Below are positions 13,118-27,173 of a stretch of DNA of 64,000 nt, piece by piece (positions within the stretch are counted from its first letter, which is position 1; each line of letters starts with the position of its first letter). A model generated the notes under the pieces. That model was not told the origin of the DNA. It made no database searches and was given only the letters and a program-made list of their open reading frames with translations. Position numbers and translations under genes: made by a program. This stretch comes from Octopus sinensis (taxonomy: Eukaryota). Location of the stretch: positions 9,238,001 through 9,302,000 of the forward strand of contig NC_043006.1 in NCBI RefSeq assembly GCF_006345805.1, written 5' to 3'.

Positions 13118-13840
13118 TGTCTTTCAACAAAAACCAGAAAACTGAAGCGGTCGATGTAAACCCAGATAAAAAAAAATGCCTAAGACAAGTTGGAGGATAA
13201 AAGCGTTTGTCACCCGTAGGAGAGGCTTGCTTGAAGTGAGTTTACCAATTGAAAAAAAGAGCCAAAGAAAGAGCAACAACGCATAATTGTGAAGAATTTT
13301 GTCTAATTTAGACGTACCTAAATGGCTAAAATAAAAGTAGCTGAGGTACCACCAGAGGTATACATCACTTTGGTGGTAGCAGCTGTATCAGACGGCATAG
13401 AGAATAAAACGGTAGTTCTCCAAGTGCACACAATGGGAAAAGAAAACTGGTGAGGCGCGGGAATGGAATTATCGTTACAGACCGATTGAAGGAGTATCGG
13501 AACACACCCTGAATGATAATCGTCCCAACGTGCGATATTTCTCGGGAAAGGAAACACTCTCTGCCCAATCTGAAGAAAAGGAAAACCTCCGCAGCTGCAA
13601 ACACCTCTAACACAACAACTACGACAACAACAGGAATATCAGCTTCAAATGTAACAGCAGCTGTACCACCACCAACAACAGCACCAACATTCAAAACAAC
13701 AATATCAACAGAAAGTGTACCAGGAGAGATCCATTCAATAACATCATCAAACACCACGCCACTCGACATTACTACCAGCCTAGAAATGCGTGTCTGTGAA
13801 ACATATCTCTTCCACCTGCCACATATTTCTTACAGTTGAA
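13118..13840 (+). pseudogene. Degenerate gag-like ORF1 of a Tx1/L1-like LINE
   Basis: MAKIKVAEVPPEVYITLVVAAV..., decayed zinc-knuckle region (IIVPTCDISRERKH), Thr/Ser-rich tail; lies upstream of an APE endonuclease relic. Confidence 0.55.
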
Positions 13841-14009
13841 AAGTCGTCTAGCAAGGAAAACAGTTTCAGAAGACCAGCAGAATAGACCCTGGTGAAGGGA
13901 TATAGAGGCAAAATTTTTTTTTAAATGCGTGGTAGAAGACTGAGACCGAATGTGTCAGAAGAGCAAACACAGAAACCAAGACAGCAACACACATTCCCAC
14001 ACCCTAGGT

Positions 14010-14075
14010 TAGTGGTCCCCAACCTGGGGTTCGCGGACATTTAGTGGTCCGGAAAGATAGTACTTGGGATCCGGG
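14010..14075 (+). mobile_element. hAT-type MITE terminus fragment
   Basis: TAGTGGTCCCCAACCTGGGGTTCGCGGAC resembles CAGTGGTTCCCAACCTGGGGTCC hAT/Charlie ends; the other end was not found. Confidence 0.35.
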
Positions 14076-14753
14076 AACTAAATTCAAAATTTCATATATA
14101 TCTATGTGTATACACACACATAAGGTTAGGCACATTAAAGGGGTCTGTTTTGAAACTCAATATGATAAAAGCTTTGAGAACCACAGTGAAAAGTTTAGGA
14201 ATCACTTTCCTACACCAACACAAATATAAACATATCGAACTAACATTACAATCATCACAACAAACGAAAATACATAGCACTCCAAAACAACATGAACACA
14301 AACCCCAAATCATCGGGAGTGAAGAGCACTCCCGATGCTCTGTGAATGAACACTACTAACATTACAAATATATCAAGAAAGAATGCACATAGCAATCCAG
14401 TACAACAACATTAACAGCATTCCAAAGGCATCGCCAATTACACGGCCCTAGAGACAAAGAGTAAGAACTAAATAAAAGATATTCAAAAACAAACAGACAT
14501 CACTCGAAAGGAATACATCATAAACCGGCACAACACACATATTCACGTAAAACTTATAAAACAAAGCAAAACAAATATTTGCTGCACACTGAAAACAAAA
14601 CATCGCCAGAGAATTTAAAATTTCCGTCTGACCGTAGGCAAAAGACTCTACATAGAAATGCTTGTAGAGAAACCCACATATAGCCAAAACACACAACTTC
14701 TATCTCCAGAGAATTAGGGTGGTTAGTTCTCTTTATTGATCTCTCTAAGAAAC

Positions 14754-15690
14754 ATGGCTTTGCTCACTGTAAGCAATATAAAATCATGGGGCCTGGAATT
14801 GCCTTGCAAACGGCAACCAACTTGATGACATTAGACCACTAAATATTAGATGCCATGGTTAACAGTGAAACCTAACTTCCCACTCGATAGGTTTTCACGC
14901 CCATTTTCGGTGGATACGAGATTTAATTATTTCCATGTCAACTAGGAATAAGCAGTGGAACTGGGCGTTGTTCCTGAAAGGTCTCAATCTCAAATAAGGG
15001 CCAATGGCTCCGATACAGAAACTAAGCTGTTAGTTCAGGATGTAATCAGGAGCGACGGGTTACTTTCAGACTTCTAGCTGCCTATGCTTCGACAGGAACA
15101 GGCCAGACGTACTTCCCCACACCCTGGACATTTTCCTTGATACGTCTTGATCTTAATATGAGACTGGATCGATATCTCCGACGCATGTTTAGATAGTGTT
15201 GGGGTGGCTATCAGGAGAGTGGAGTGCAAAAGCCTAATAAGACTGCTCGGACGTTTTCACCTGTCCGGCAGTTACCAAGTTAATTTCCCGTATGTGCCGT
15301 TGTGGTGATGGACGAACCGCATCGGCTCATCTAGGTCGTACCTATGCAGGGTAGGTCTGTAGATATTGATAGCATAAGTTGTACACTTTTCGCTTTTTGT
15401 CGGCTAACAGACCAAAAATTGTTGTCTGCATGGCCGACCTCTATAGGATCCATATGCAGCGATCTAGATGCCGGAAAGTGAACACGTCGATCCCGGCGTG
15501 ATAAGCTTACAGAGTCCGGGTTACTGAATTAGTGCAGCGGGCGTTCACCTGTCAATTTGTCTGTAACAAATGGTGGTTTGCGGTGAAAATAGCAATTAGA
15601 GTAGAGATTATTAAGTTTTTGGAAGGCAAAACAACAGGAAAAAACAGATTAGAAAGAAGTTAGAGACTTAGATGGTGCGTTTAGGAAAGA
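14754..15690 (+). pseudogene. APE endonuclease (ORF2 N-terminus) relic of a Tx1/L1-like LINE
   Basis: Frameshifted pieces: DDIRPLNI, NSET, FGGYEI, FRLLAAYASTGTGQTYF, WTNRIGSSRSYL.RV, NKWWFAVKIAIR. Confidence 0.75.
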
Positions 15691-15949
15691 GATCAGGGGG
15701 ACATTGGACCTGGACCAAATCCTTTCACATTTCCGCTCCTCAGTCTCTTCAAGTCTCTAATTAGTTTTTGATGATTCTCAAATTTTGCAATCCCTTAATA
15801 CAGCGTTTATCATACAGCTTTGCAAAATCTATGGCATTACTCTATATTTCTGTTCTCTAGAACCATATCTAATCTCGTTGCTCTTGCAAAATGATGCGTT
15901 TCCTTGGAAAATGTAATTCTATTTCATCGTCAAAGCTTCTATCTCATAT

Positions 15950-16340
15950 TTATAATGCTTTTATATCACTTCAAATATCTAAACTTGACAAACCTTGCAA
16001 TACGGGCTTTTATCAATACAATCATGCCTGTGTTTAAACAATTCTTTGCTTCTATGTTTCATTTGCTGTATGTTTCATTTATTTAAAGATGGTTAATATT
16101 CCCCTCCCACTTCCCATAGAGTCTTCATTTGTTCTGTTTTATCAATATTCATTCGTATGAAATTCCTTCTTCATGTGTGACTTTAATCAGCGATTTGGTT
16201 TCACCTTTCAGTTTACCATCTGTCAGCTACAACCAGCATTCTTCACTTGCAGCATCCTAAGTGAAGGAATTGCCCAAATAATAGAATCTAGCTTCATTCG
16301 ATTAACACGTTTGTCTCCATCTGTTCTCACAGTCGATTTC
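15950..16340 (-). pseudogene. Highly decayed LINE RT fragment (RTE/L2-like)
   Basis: Remnants MNIDKTEQM and RIARF resemble the region after the YADD motif. Confidence 0.3.
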
Positions 16341-16401
16341 TGTTTCAGTAACTTTTTCTCCATATTTCTGACCGCTAAAAATGATCTTTCTTTATTATGC
16401 C

Positions 16402-16425
16402 TAAGATTGGGATTTATTAAAAGTC

Positions 16426-16473
<48 letters not shown>

Positions 16474-16493
16474 GACTTTTAATAAATCCCAAT

Positions 16494-16497
<4 letters not shown>
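16402..16497. repeat. Perfect 96-bp palindrome centred on (TA)23
   Basis: TAAGATTGGGATTTATTAAAAGTCG-(TA)23-CGACTTTTAATAAATCCCAATCTTA. Confidence 0.97.
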
Positions 16498-16531
<34 letters not shown>

Positions 16532-16532
<1 letters not shown>

Positions 16533-16612
16533 TTGCTGAAGATGCCATTCAGTGGGACTGAACCTGGAACCATGTGGTTGGGAAGCAAGCTTCTTAACAC
16601 AGAGCCACGCAT
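16532..16612 (-). mobile_element. SINE family A head fragment
   Basis: CAGTGGGACTGAACCTGGAACCATGTGGTTGGGAAGCAAGCT. Confidence 0.8.
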
Positions 16613-16717
16613 GTACAGGGAATCAGCCACGAGTGGTGATTTCCTGTGCACAAGTAGTATTTTTCATTTTATTTATTTATAATCGAACGCCACGCAGCCT
16701 TGATCACAGTAATGTGT

Positions 16718-16767
<50 letters not shown>

Positions 16768-16769
16768 AC

Positions 16770-17733
16770 CCTGACCTATGTATATTCTCTCCCAGCAGGT
16801 CAGAGATGAATACCACCGACCATCACCTCGGCAAAGAAGAAAAGAACGACAGAGTGCAGGAGTACGTGGACCATTCCACTCATAATCCTGAGAATACCAA
16901 TCAGGTGTAAAAAATGATGGCGCATATTATAAGAACTAGTAAAAGAACCACCTTGAAGTACCACATAGTGAATTTTGACAGAAAACTATCCGTGCAGCTT
17001 CAAAGGCAGCCATAGATGTTGGTATGGCTGGAGATGTGACCGGCCTATTCGTGATCTGATGGGACAGAAAATTTAAACAATCGCTAGTTGAACAATCTTC
17101 AACTGTAGGTATGTAGATGACATCAATATTCAAGATAGGACAAACCATTGTAAATATAGCGTAGACACCGAGAAGACAATACGGGAGAGCATCCAGTATA
17201 TAGCTAACTCCAACCACCAAAGTTTCAAGGTAACGACAAATTACCCCACTGGGCACCCTCACAATAGTCTAACTGTCATTGATATTGAACTTTGGTTAGA
17301 GACTGTAAACAACAAAGTATAGGTCCTCCACTCCTGTTACATGAAACCCATAGCTTCTAAATATGTTGTTAACAGGGACCCAATTTTATCATACAATACT
17401 AAAATCAATATACTGACAATGAATAACGTGCGCCGCTATGCGAACCCTATGAAACAAGGAAATAGGAACATAACTTCATGCACCGCAGTCAATGCTCTGG
17501 AAAGGACCACATAGAAAGGATTCGTATGTACAAGTCATTTAGAAATAAATTTGCACTAATGAAAACTGCCAGGTCTATAAAATAACTCCTAGCATTAACT
17601 GTAGAACTAGAAATGTAATCTACAGCATAAAGTGCATAGAGAGGACTTATAAAAACAAAATACCGCATGCATTGTAGAAACATCTAGAAGTATTGTGGAC
17701 AGACTAAATGAACACAGGAATAAAGCAGACCTC

Positions 17734-17772
<39 letters not shown>

Positions 17773-18380
17773 AAACAAACCTCTCCTTTGAACACTACCC
17801 AACATTTCCACAAACAACCCCAGAAACAAAGAAATATTCAGCACAATCATACAAAACCTACCGATACTGCACAAGGACCCAAAACTAAAAAGAATTTTAC
17901 GTGATATTAAAATTGTCAAAAGAAACAAACAACCTAAGTCATTCAAGAAACAGCTAACTAATGCAAAATTACCCCCCCCCACACACACAACAAGCCCAAA
18001 GTAAAAATATGCAATAGCTCCAACTGTGGTACATGCCCCAAACATTTGGAAGGGCCAGAAAACTATTTTAACCAAGGGCAACTCTTTACAATTAAATCAA
18101 ATTTCCCCTTGTGCATCCCCAAATCTGATCTACGTAATCACACGCTCGCATGGCCAGAAAGATTATATCGGTGGCATGAGGAATTCTATCCGTCAACGTT
18201 GTACGGTGCATCGTCAATAGATAGCCTCACCACAACACCGCCGAATTTATCTCACAAATACAATCTCAATTTACTATTTTCCCTCTATATAAATTTGCTG
18301 ACTGGACTTCTACACAAGCTCGACTCAATTAAGAGACATTTCATCCAATAATACAAACCTGAACTAAACACCGATTCATT
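16770..18380 (+). mobile_element. Penelope-like element relic: RT + GIY-YIG endonuclease, interrupted by (TA)n
   Basis: AIDVGMAGDV..LF, RYVDDI at 17107-17124, HSCYMKPIASKYVV, NLIYVIT...KDYIG...RQRCTVHRQ (18026-18220), terminal YKPELN. Confidence 0.85.
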
Positions 18381-18679
18381 TTAATTGTATTAGTAATGGT
18401 CACTTAATTACTTGACTCTTGGACACTCATGCATATTCAGACGTGAGTCAATTGTGGTTCGACATGACTCTTATGGAGAAAGTATTCATATCTAGGCAAT
18501 TGCTTTATCGTTCATTTTCTATTAGACTGATTTATTTTATTCAATTAGGAAATTTCAACATATAGAAAAAAGTTATATATCTATGACAACTACAATGTTT
18601 AAATATAAATTTCTATTCATACTTATATGTGTATTATATGTATATATATATACATACATACATACACACACACACACGC

Positions 18680-18716
<37 letters not shown>

Positions 18717-19571
18717 TATTTTACAAGATGGAAAATGTTAGAGCATAAGATATGTGCATATACACTCATTCACCCATTACTGGTTAATCTTTAAAGCCTA
18801 GTACGGCAATATAATTAACTGTAACTGTATGGTTCCCAGAAGCACTGAAGAGCTTCATAAAAAATAACAGTTGCTCCCCTTGACATATTGCTTCATCGCA
18901 GTTCACTTTTTTCCAAAGATGGCGTCCTATTGACAGCAAAGAAAGTTTACTCTATATAAGCTGACAATCGTTATTTATCTTGTAATGATGTAATGAAGTA
19001 ATGTGATCCTAATATCACAATAAATTTTATTATACAAACATTCTGTCACTTACATTTTTCTTTCTTACATACATACAAACACACAAACATACACTTACCA
19101 ATACATGAAGATGAAGAATACATGCATACATACAAATGTGCATACACACGCACACATACGCACAAACAGACAAAAAGGAACGCGGCTCAAATAACGGACA
19201 GTCAACATCATTTGACAATGTTGCAAAAGGCAACGGCAATTTTGGAAGAGAAATATAAATAAAAATGAGTGGAAATAGAACCTGGGAGTGTGTTAGATAG
19301 TAAGGCATTAAGAAAGTATCCTTCTTCGCATACACAAAATAATTTGCTTCAACACACGAAATCACTCACAGAGTCTTGCAAATCAGATGCAAAAACGATG
19401 TCTATTGACATCGCTTTTCTAAAAATGACTTTTCATATTTTCAATGACCCCCATTATCCTCAGGTTCTGTAAGAGCCGACAGTTTGATATTTTATTTCAG
19501 GCTTCCTTGGAGTCTATCCAACCAACAGTTATATATCTTTTTTTTTTTTTTAATGTACTCGAACTTCACTT

Positions 19572-20148
19572 GGGGCGGCGTGCTGGCTGGCATTAACGTA
19601 AGCACGCTGTGAAAAAGGCTTAGCGGTATTTCGTCTGTCTTTACGTTCTGAGTTCAAATTCCGCCGAGGTCGACTTTGGTTTTCATTCTTTCGGGGTCAA
19701 TTAAAAAAGTACTACTTAAGCACTGGGGTCGACATAATCGACTTAATCCGTTTGTCTGTCCTTGTTTGTCCTCTCTGTGTTTAGCCCCTTGTGGGTAGTA
19801 AAAAAAATGGTATTTCGTCTGCCGTTACGTTGTGATTTCAAATTCCACCGGTACTTAATTTTCGGGGTCGATAAATTAAGTACCAGTTACGCACCGAGGT
19901 CGATGTAATCGACTTTATCCACTTGTTTGTCCCCTCTGTGTTTATCCCCTTGTGGGTAGTAAAGAAATAGGTAGAGATAGGTATTTCGTCTGCCGCTACG
20001 TTCTGAGTTCAAATTCCGCCGAAGTCGACTTCGCCTTTCATCCTTTCGGGGTCGATTAAATAAGTACCAGTTATGCACTGAAGTCGATGTAATCGACTGG
20101 TTCCCTCCCCCAAAATGTCCGTCCTTGTGCCTAGCGTAGAAAAGTATT
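19572..20148 (+). mobile_element. SINE family B trimer (one head, three tandem core units)
   Basis: GGTATTTCGTCTG...CAAATTCC...TTCGGGGTC...AAGTAC occurs three times. Confidence 0.9.
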
Positions 20149-21624
20149 TAAACTTCACCCAGGATCTTGCTATCGATATATAACAGCTTAGAATTGCTCT
20201 TTGACTTTTCAACTCCACTTTCCCCTCGTGATTATAGAGCCTCCTTCTCCAGAAAGATACACTATAGTCAGCTATAAGACTAGTAAGTAATTTCCAGAGC
20301 AAGAGTAACTATGTAATATACATTTAGTAACTGATTAATTGTAGTGAATGATGTGTGTGCTATTTGGCTGCTATTTCTACCAGCTCATGTAATTAATACA
20401 GAAGAGATTTCGTTTGCTCCATTGTTCATGATTAAGAAATGCTGTTTGAGAATTCCCTAGCAAAATTTATAGAATATTTTATTGCTATTTTCTGAAACGC
20501 TCCTATTTCAATCCGAAGAGATAATCAGTCAATATTTAGATATAAATGGTCGTGTAACATTCCGGTTTTAACAATTACAAATGAGATGATGGACATGTCC
20601 TTCAACTGCCAGTGCGTTTTAAATTCAATAGTTAAGCCGCTGCAGTTGCCTAGCTTTACAGCTAGCTTCTGCACAGTATTTAGTCATTTGGTATTGCAAT
20701 ATCGATTATTAGTACACTATTGTCGTTTTTGTCATGGAAAATGATATCAACCATTCTATGTGCTATCTGCTGCCTGTCTCTACGCTAAAGCTGTATAGTG
20801 TTTTCACATTTTTACTTTTATTGACAGGTGGGAGTTTGTATAGCTATCACAAGACTTCTTTGCCAAGAAGTCTGGAATTAGCGATCTAGGCGTATACAGA
20901 ACCGATTCTCAATGCTATTCTGCCTTCAAGTGTATCTTGAGGTTGGGGCTTGGAGTGGAGACTAGTGTAGATCGTTAACATTTTGTGTAGTCATGCACTA
21001 GCTGCCTCATAGGAGACTCTTGTCTTTAACATTAAAGGAAAAGGAGAAATCCCTCTCGGTACACAAGAATATGATTTCCTGTTATAGAAAGTCAAATGTT
21101 TACTCCGTTGCCCATTGATGTTGGCTATGTTGATCCAGGTCTGATACCGTTCTTTTTTCCCTTTATTTATGGTAGTTGTTTACATATCGGTCATATAAAG
21201 ATAAGCATTAAAGGCTACTGTTGCTGCTGTTTAGCTGTAATTAATACAGAATTATTCCCATTATCAAACGACTTATGTATCTATCCCGTCAATACTTCAG
21301 TTTATCTTGGAGTACAATATCATAGACAGCATTCTATAATATATAAGAGATTTTTCTGATACTTCTTGCAATTTAATTCACCATCTACTGGATATCTCTG
21401 TAGTAATTCGCCATGATTGTAAAATGTTCCACTTCATATCATACTTTTATGTTCATTTAGTTTAATGTTTTATTACTTCCGAATCTTTATTACTTTTGAA
21501 TTTGTTAACTAGATAAATGATACGTTGCTAATAACTGGCCATTTTCGACGATGGTTATTAGCAAGCCTTCTGATGAGGTGAGCAAATTGGAGGAAATATA
21601 GTATATTAATACTTAAAGAGACTA

Positions 21625-22126
21625 CAGCAATCCCTCAACTATCTCAGGTGTTATGTTAAACCCCTACCACCCGTGATAGGTGAAAATCCGAGAGGTAGAA
21701 ACAGTTGAGTACCATATATTTTATTAGTATTATTTTTATAATTTGCATATATTTATTCTATTATAAATGAAAAACAACACCACACATTCGACTCCCGAGC
21801 TTCGTTTTCCATACAGTACGTGCGATTCTTTGTTTACTCAACTACGGTACACTTACGCATTTTCTATTAATATATTTCAAGTAATATGTTTAAAAGTGCA
21901 GAACTGCACTGTATTTTTATTGATTCATTTATTAATGTTAAGGCGTGAAAATACTTATTTAAACTCAGAAACAATTAAAGTTTAAAAAAAATATGAATAC
22001 CTATCGGCCACAGAAACCCACGGTATATTGACTAGTCCACGAAATAAATTTTTATATATTAGCCAGAAGAATATGCAATGTACTGAAGGCGGGACAGGGG
22101 AACCACGATATGGTAAGTGATTACTG
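21625..22126. mobile_element. Tigger/pogo-like MITE, about 500 bp, TA target-site duplication
   Basis: TA|CAGCAATCCCTCAACTATC at the left; right end reverse complement TA|CAGTAATCACTTACCATATC. Confidence 0.7.
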
Positions 22127-22261
22127 TACTGCGATTGTACTTTCCTTCCAAAATATATTTACTTGTTATCTTTTATATTTATGTCGTTAATTATTTTCTC
22201 TCTATTACACATATAGTTTTACAGTTATCAAGAAAAAAAACTGTGAATACATTCCAGTCTA

Positions 22262-22871
22262 ATAATCTTTCCTAGTCTAGGCACAAGGCTCGAAATGTTT
22301 AGGGAGAGAGCCAATCGATTAGATCGACCCCATGACGTAACTGGTACTTAATTTATCGACCCCGAAAGGCAAAGACAAACTCGGCGGAATTTTAACTCAT
22401 AACGTAAACACAGATGAAATACCACTAAGCATTTCACCCGTCGTGGTAACGTTTCTTATTTCTTTACTGCCCACAAGGGGCTAAAGATAGAGGGAACAAA
22501 CAAGTACAGATAAAGGGATTAAGTCGATTACATCGACGCCAGTGCGTAACTGGTACTTAATTTATCGACCCCGAAAGGATGGAAGGCAAAGTCGCCCTCG
22601 GCGGTTTTTGAACTCAGAACGTAACGGCAGACGAAATACCTATTTCTTTATTACCCACAAGGGCCTAAACACAGAGGGGACAAACAAGGACAGATGAACG
22701 AATTAAGTCGATTATATCGACACAGCGCGTACTGGTAATTATTTAATTGACCCCGAAAGGATGAAAGAGAAAGTCGACCCCAGTGGAATTTGAACTGAGA
22801 ACGTAACGGCAGACGAAATACTGCTAAGCATTTCGCCCGGCGTGCTAACGTTTCTGCCAGCTCACCGCCTT
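22262..22871 (-). mobile_element. SINE family B trimer
   Basis: Three tandem cores; head ends ...GCCAGCTCACCGCCT. Confidence 0.9.
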
Positions 22872-24471
22872 ATATTCCAGTCTAATATTACTGCAGAAAT
22901 AGTTATGACTGAGATTTCAATCATGTTAATTATTAATGATGACGAAGACATCACACTGCAGATAGAATATTTCGTTTTAGCAGCCTGAGCTGCACTAATG
23001 AAAGAGACATTTTCACCTGCAGAAAATAGAAAGACAGTACAAAGATACCCTATAAGCTCAGCCTCATCGTACAGCTTTTACAATTAAAGGTACCTATTAT
23101 TGATTGTTTTTAGAAATATATCTTTTGTATCAGAGGAGCTGAGTAAAAGTGATATAGAGTTCCACAGAACGGAAAGTAACCTATTCGAATTAGAAAGCAG
23201 TAAAAACTTGACAAACGAATCGACACCAAAGTATAGACAAAGGTTTCACAAACCAGTATTTGTAATTAAATATATATATATATAATTTTTGCTTATTGAT
23301 AAAAGGAGAAGCATAAAAAAGAGATAAAAGGAGAGCATAAAACAAAAACATATATGAATCTCGTTTGACATAGTGTACATAGTTGCTAGAGAAATAATAC
23401 GGTTTACGTAGAGTATGCCATCAAATAAGATTTATATGTGTGTGAACGCGCGTGCATGAAGGTATATGAGCATATATGTATGTGCGTATGTTTTATACTT
23501 GAATGTATGTATATATGAGTGTTTGTATGTATGTATTCATTTATGTATGACATGGAACAAAATTTCTGAGAGGCAAATTATAGCAACAAAATGATATATA
23601 TATTTACACATATACATGCACATATATATATACATATATGTATGTATGTATTATGTATGTATGTATGTAGTATGTATGTATGTATGTATGTATGTATGTA
23701 TGTATGTAGAATATAGTTTTTATGTTGCTTGTACGGCAGTAAATAATAAACAACAAGGCACTCACCAAACAAGGGAACACACTGTGCTGGGCCTCAATTT
23801 CAATTTCTATTCGAAGCTATTTTAGGATATAGTAGTTAAAAGTTTGGCTGAGAGTGATGCGACTTTACTTAGATGGTGCTACAAAGTTGGGCGTGCGTCT
23901 TAATTATCTTGAGCAGAGTGGCATTCCCTAAAATTGAAAAGGAACTAATGTCATATGTTTAAGAAACATATTTCTCACATCACTGTAAAATAAATATAGT
24001 GATTCTGTAGTTAATCCGAACGTAGTACCTAAGAGAAAGAAAATGATTGAGTACTTTGATTTGAATTTAAATGATCGTCAAAAGTAGCCTACTGAACCTT
24101 ATTTGATGTATATTTTACGCTAGTAAATTTAATTCAGTAAATGATGTTCGATTCTGAAGCTAATGTAAGAACCCACTATAAATAGATATCGGCCTTCTTT
24201 CTATTACGTGTATATTAAGACTCTAAAAGAAGGGAGAGGCTTGTAGAATAAAATGTATTTGTAGACGAAATTTGATTTGATCGGCGCCGTCATTTAGAAG
24301 AAAAAGTAAGTACAGAGTTTATTTATTTAACATTTTGTAATAATTTATTTCTATAAATATGCAAAGTCACATCAATGTACAAGTTTTCCGAGTATCTCTT
24401 TCACAATTGCTTTATTTTATTTCGTTGAACAAGATTCCTAAATAAAAATATTAGATATCATGCATTAACTA

Positions 24472-24906
24472 TATTCTTTTCTACTCTGAGTATAAGGCCC
24501 AAAATTTTGGTGGAAGTGGCTTGTCGATTACGTCGTCTCCAGTAGCGCAACTGGTACTTAATTTATCGTACCCGAAAAGATGAAGGGCAAAATCGAACAC
24601 CGCGGAATTTGAAATCAGAATATAAAGACAGACGAAATGCCCGTAAGCACTTCACCCGACGAGCTAAAGTTTCATATTTCTTTACTACCCACAAGGAGCT
24701 AAACATAGAGGGGACAAACAAGGACAGATAGAGGGATTAAGTCGATTACATCGACCCCTGTGCGTAACTGGTACTTAATTTATCGACCAAGAAAGGATGA
24801 AAGGCAAAGTCGACCTCGGCGAAATTTGAACTCAGAACGTAACGGCAGACGAAATACCGCTAAGCATTTCGCCCGGCGTGCTAACGAATCTGCCACCTCG
24901 CCGCCT
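24472..24906 (-). mobile_element. SINE family B dimer
   Basis: Two tandem cores; head ends ...CTCGCCGCCT. Confidence 0.9.
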
Positions 24907-25337
24907 CTTCACCATAACTATATAAACTAAATAATTTACGGCGTTTTTATCTATTTTGTTGGTCTTTCAATCGACAAATCTTTAACAATAGTGTTACTGA
25001 TAGAGCAAGGGTGCATCAAGACATGTTATACAAACAAGAAAATCAGACATTTACCTAGATGTATACCCGTTGATGTCTTGATGCGTGTGTGTGAATGTGT
25101 GTCTGGCTGCGGGTGTGTGCGCGTGCAAAACGCCATTTTTTGTGACAGTAAAAATTCGATACATAATGAAGTATGATATAGATACACACACATCTATATA
25201 TATATGCACACAAATACATCTATACACAAATATAAATTGCCATATGATAAGATATGTTTCATAGTTATACAATAGATACATATACACATTCACATACATA
25301 CATACACATACACATACACACACACACCACACACACA

Positions 25338-25409
<72 letters not shown>

Positions 25410-25750
25410 CATGTTCACATATTACTTGATAAATTTGTTCGTAAAAACTTTTTACCGGTATGCCCTATCTCGTTGGGTATATTTTGCGTCTGTGCAGAGA
25501 TTGAAAAGTTAAGATATACAAATTATTAGATCGACATGTGGTCTAACGCTCTGTGCATCTAGAATTAGGAAGGCGTCCCGCTGACGAACCTTGCCTTGGC
25601 AAACATATTCTGTCTGATTTGCTAGAAAGAGGTAGAAACTGATCAATCCGGGATATATCGTTAATGGTAAATGTTTTTGATTTTCACTCACTCCATGAAT
25701 GTATCCCTCTTTGTGTCTGTAGCACTAAGCTTCCTTATTTGGGAGCCTTT

Positions 25751-25828
<78 letters not shown>

Positions 25829-26393
25829 ACGTATGCATTACCTTTCACTCCGGGAGTTAAACGCACTCTACGTGAGTTTCCTGACCGATTACACGTGTGA
25901 CTAGGTTTGCTACAGAATTTCTATTTGGATACATTTGTGGCACTTCAACGTACTCGTGGTTTTGCATCTGTTTTTGCCATAGTTATAAGTAAGTATCCCA
26001 TTTATTTCTTATCGTGTTCTCCGCTAATGAAGGTAAATTTCTCTATCTATTAATCCAGAAATCGGTCCGATTCGATGATAACGAAATTTTAAAAAAGATC
26101 TGTTAGCTTCCTTTCCTCGTTTCCAACAAGCTGTGTATTAATAGTAGAAAATATCGTATGAGGTGATTGATGATATAAAGTCTATTTCTCAGCATATTTG
26201 TATATAATTTTCTTTTGCTGCTTTTATTTATAATTGTTTATAATTGTCACCTTAAAAGGTATATTCAGATGCTGGCCACATGAAATTTTTGATAAAACGT
26301 TTTATCCTATATCAGAAGCATATATACATACACACACACACACATATATATATATATTATATATATATATATATAATATATATATATAATATA

Positions 26394-26435
<42 letters not shown>

Positions 26436-26964
26436 CACATATATATACACATACGTATACCAACATTAACGATAAATATACACACACACACACATGTATA
26501 TATGTATATGTATATATTTAAACATATACATACACATGTGTGTAGGTACGTTATGTAAACATTTTGAGCTTTATATCCAGACTTAGACGCGGTGGTCCAG
26601 TCAGAAAACAGAGCTGTCTCACCTAGTTATTTGCAGATTTGACGAGTAGATCCCTTTTAGGAGCTGTTTACAAAATATTCCTTTCAGAAATATGTAGAGG
26701 GAGAGAGAAAGGTAGGGACAAAGGGAGTGTGATGCATAGAGAGGCACAGACAGACAGACAAATGCGTTGGTAGGCAGTCTAAACCATTGTAGGTGATTGG
26801 TAATTTACCGAACTCGAATGAATGAGCTGAAAATTGACATTTGAGATGACAGAACATTTCTGCAGATATAAAACAGCAACCACAAGAACCATACCCAACT
26901 CTCTGATAACCCGTTACATTTGCCTATTTGTGTGTATATCTATGATCACACAGGCACAGGCTTT

Positions 26965-27100
<136 letters not shown>

Positions 27101-27173
27101 TGAATATGTATGTGTGTATGTGTGAGTGAGTCTGTGTGCGCGCGTGAGTATGTGCATATATATATATATATAT

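Noticed and set aside
13513-13839. Thr/Ser-rich mucin-like ORF
   Set aside because: Lies within a decayed LINE ORF1; no signal peptide or splice support
15563-15590. TGTAACA followed by TGGTGGTTTGCGG as an LTR end plus primer-binding site
   Set aside because: It reads NKWWFAVK within the LINE ORF2 relic, and no second LTR is present
16936-17262. Hydrophobic minus-strand ORF
   Set aside because: Antisense to the Penelope-like RT containing YVDD
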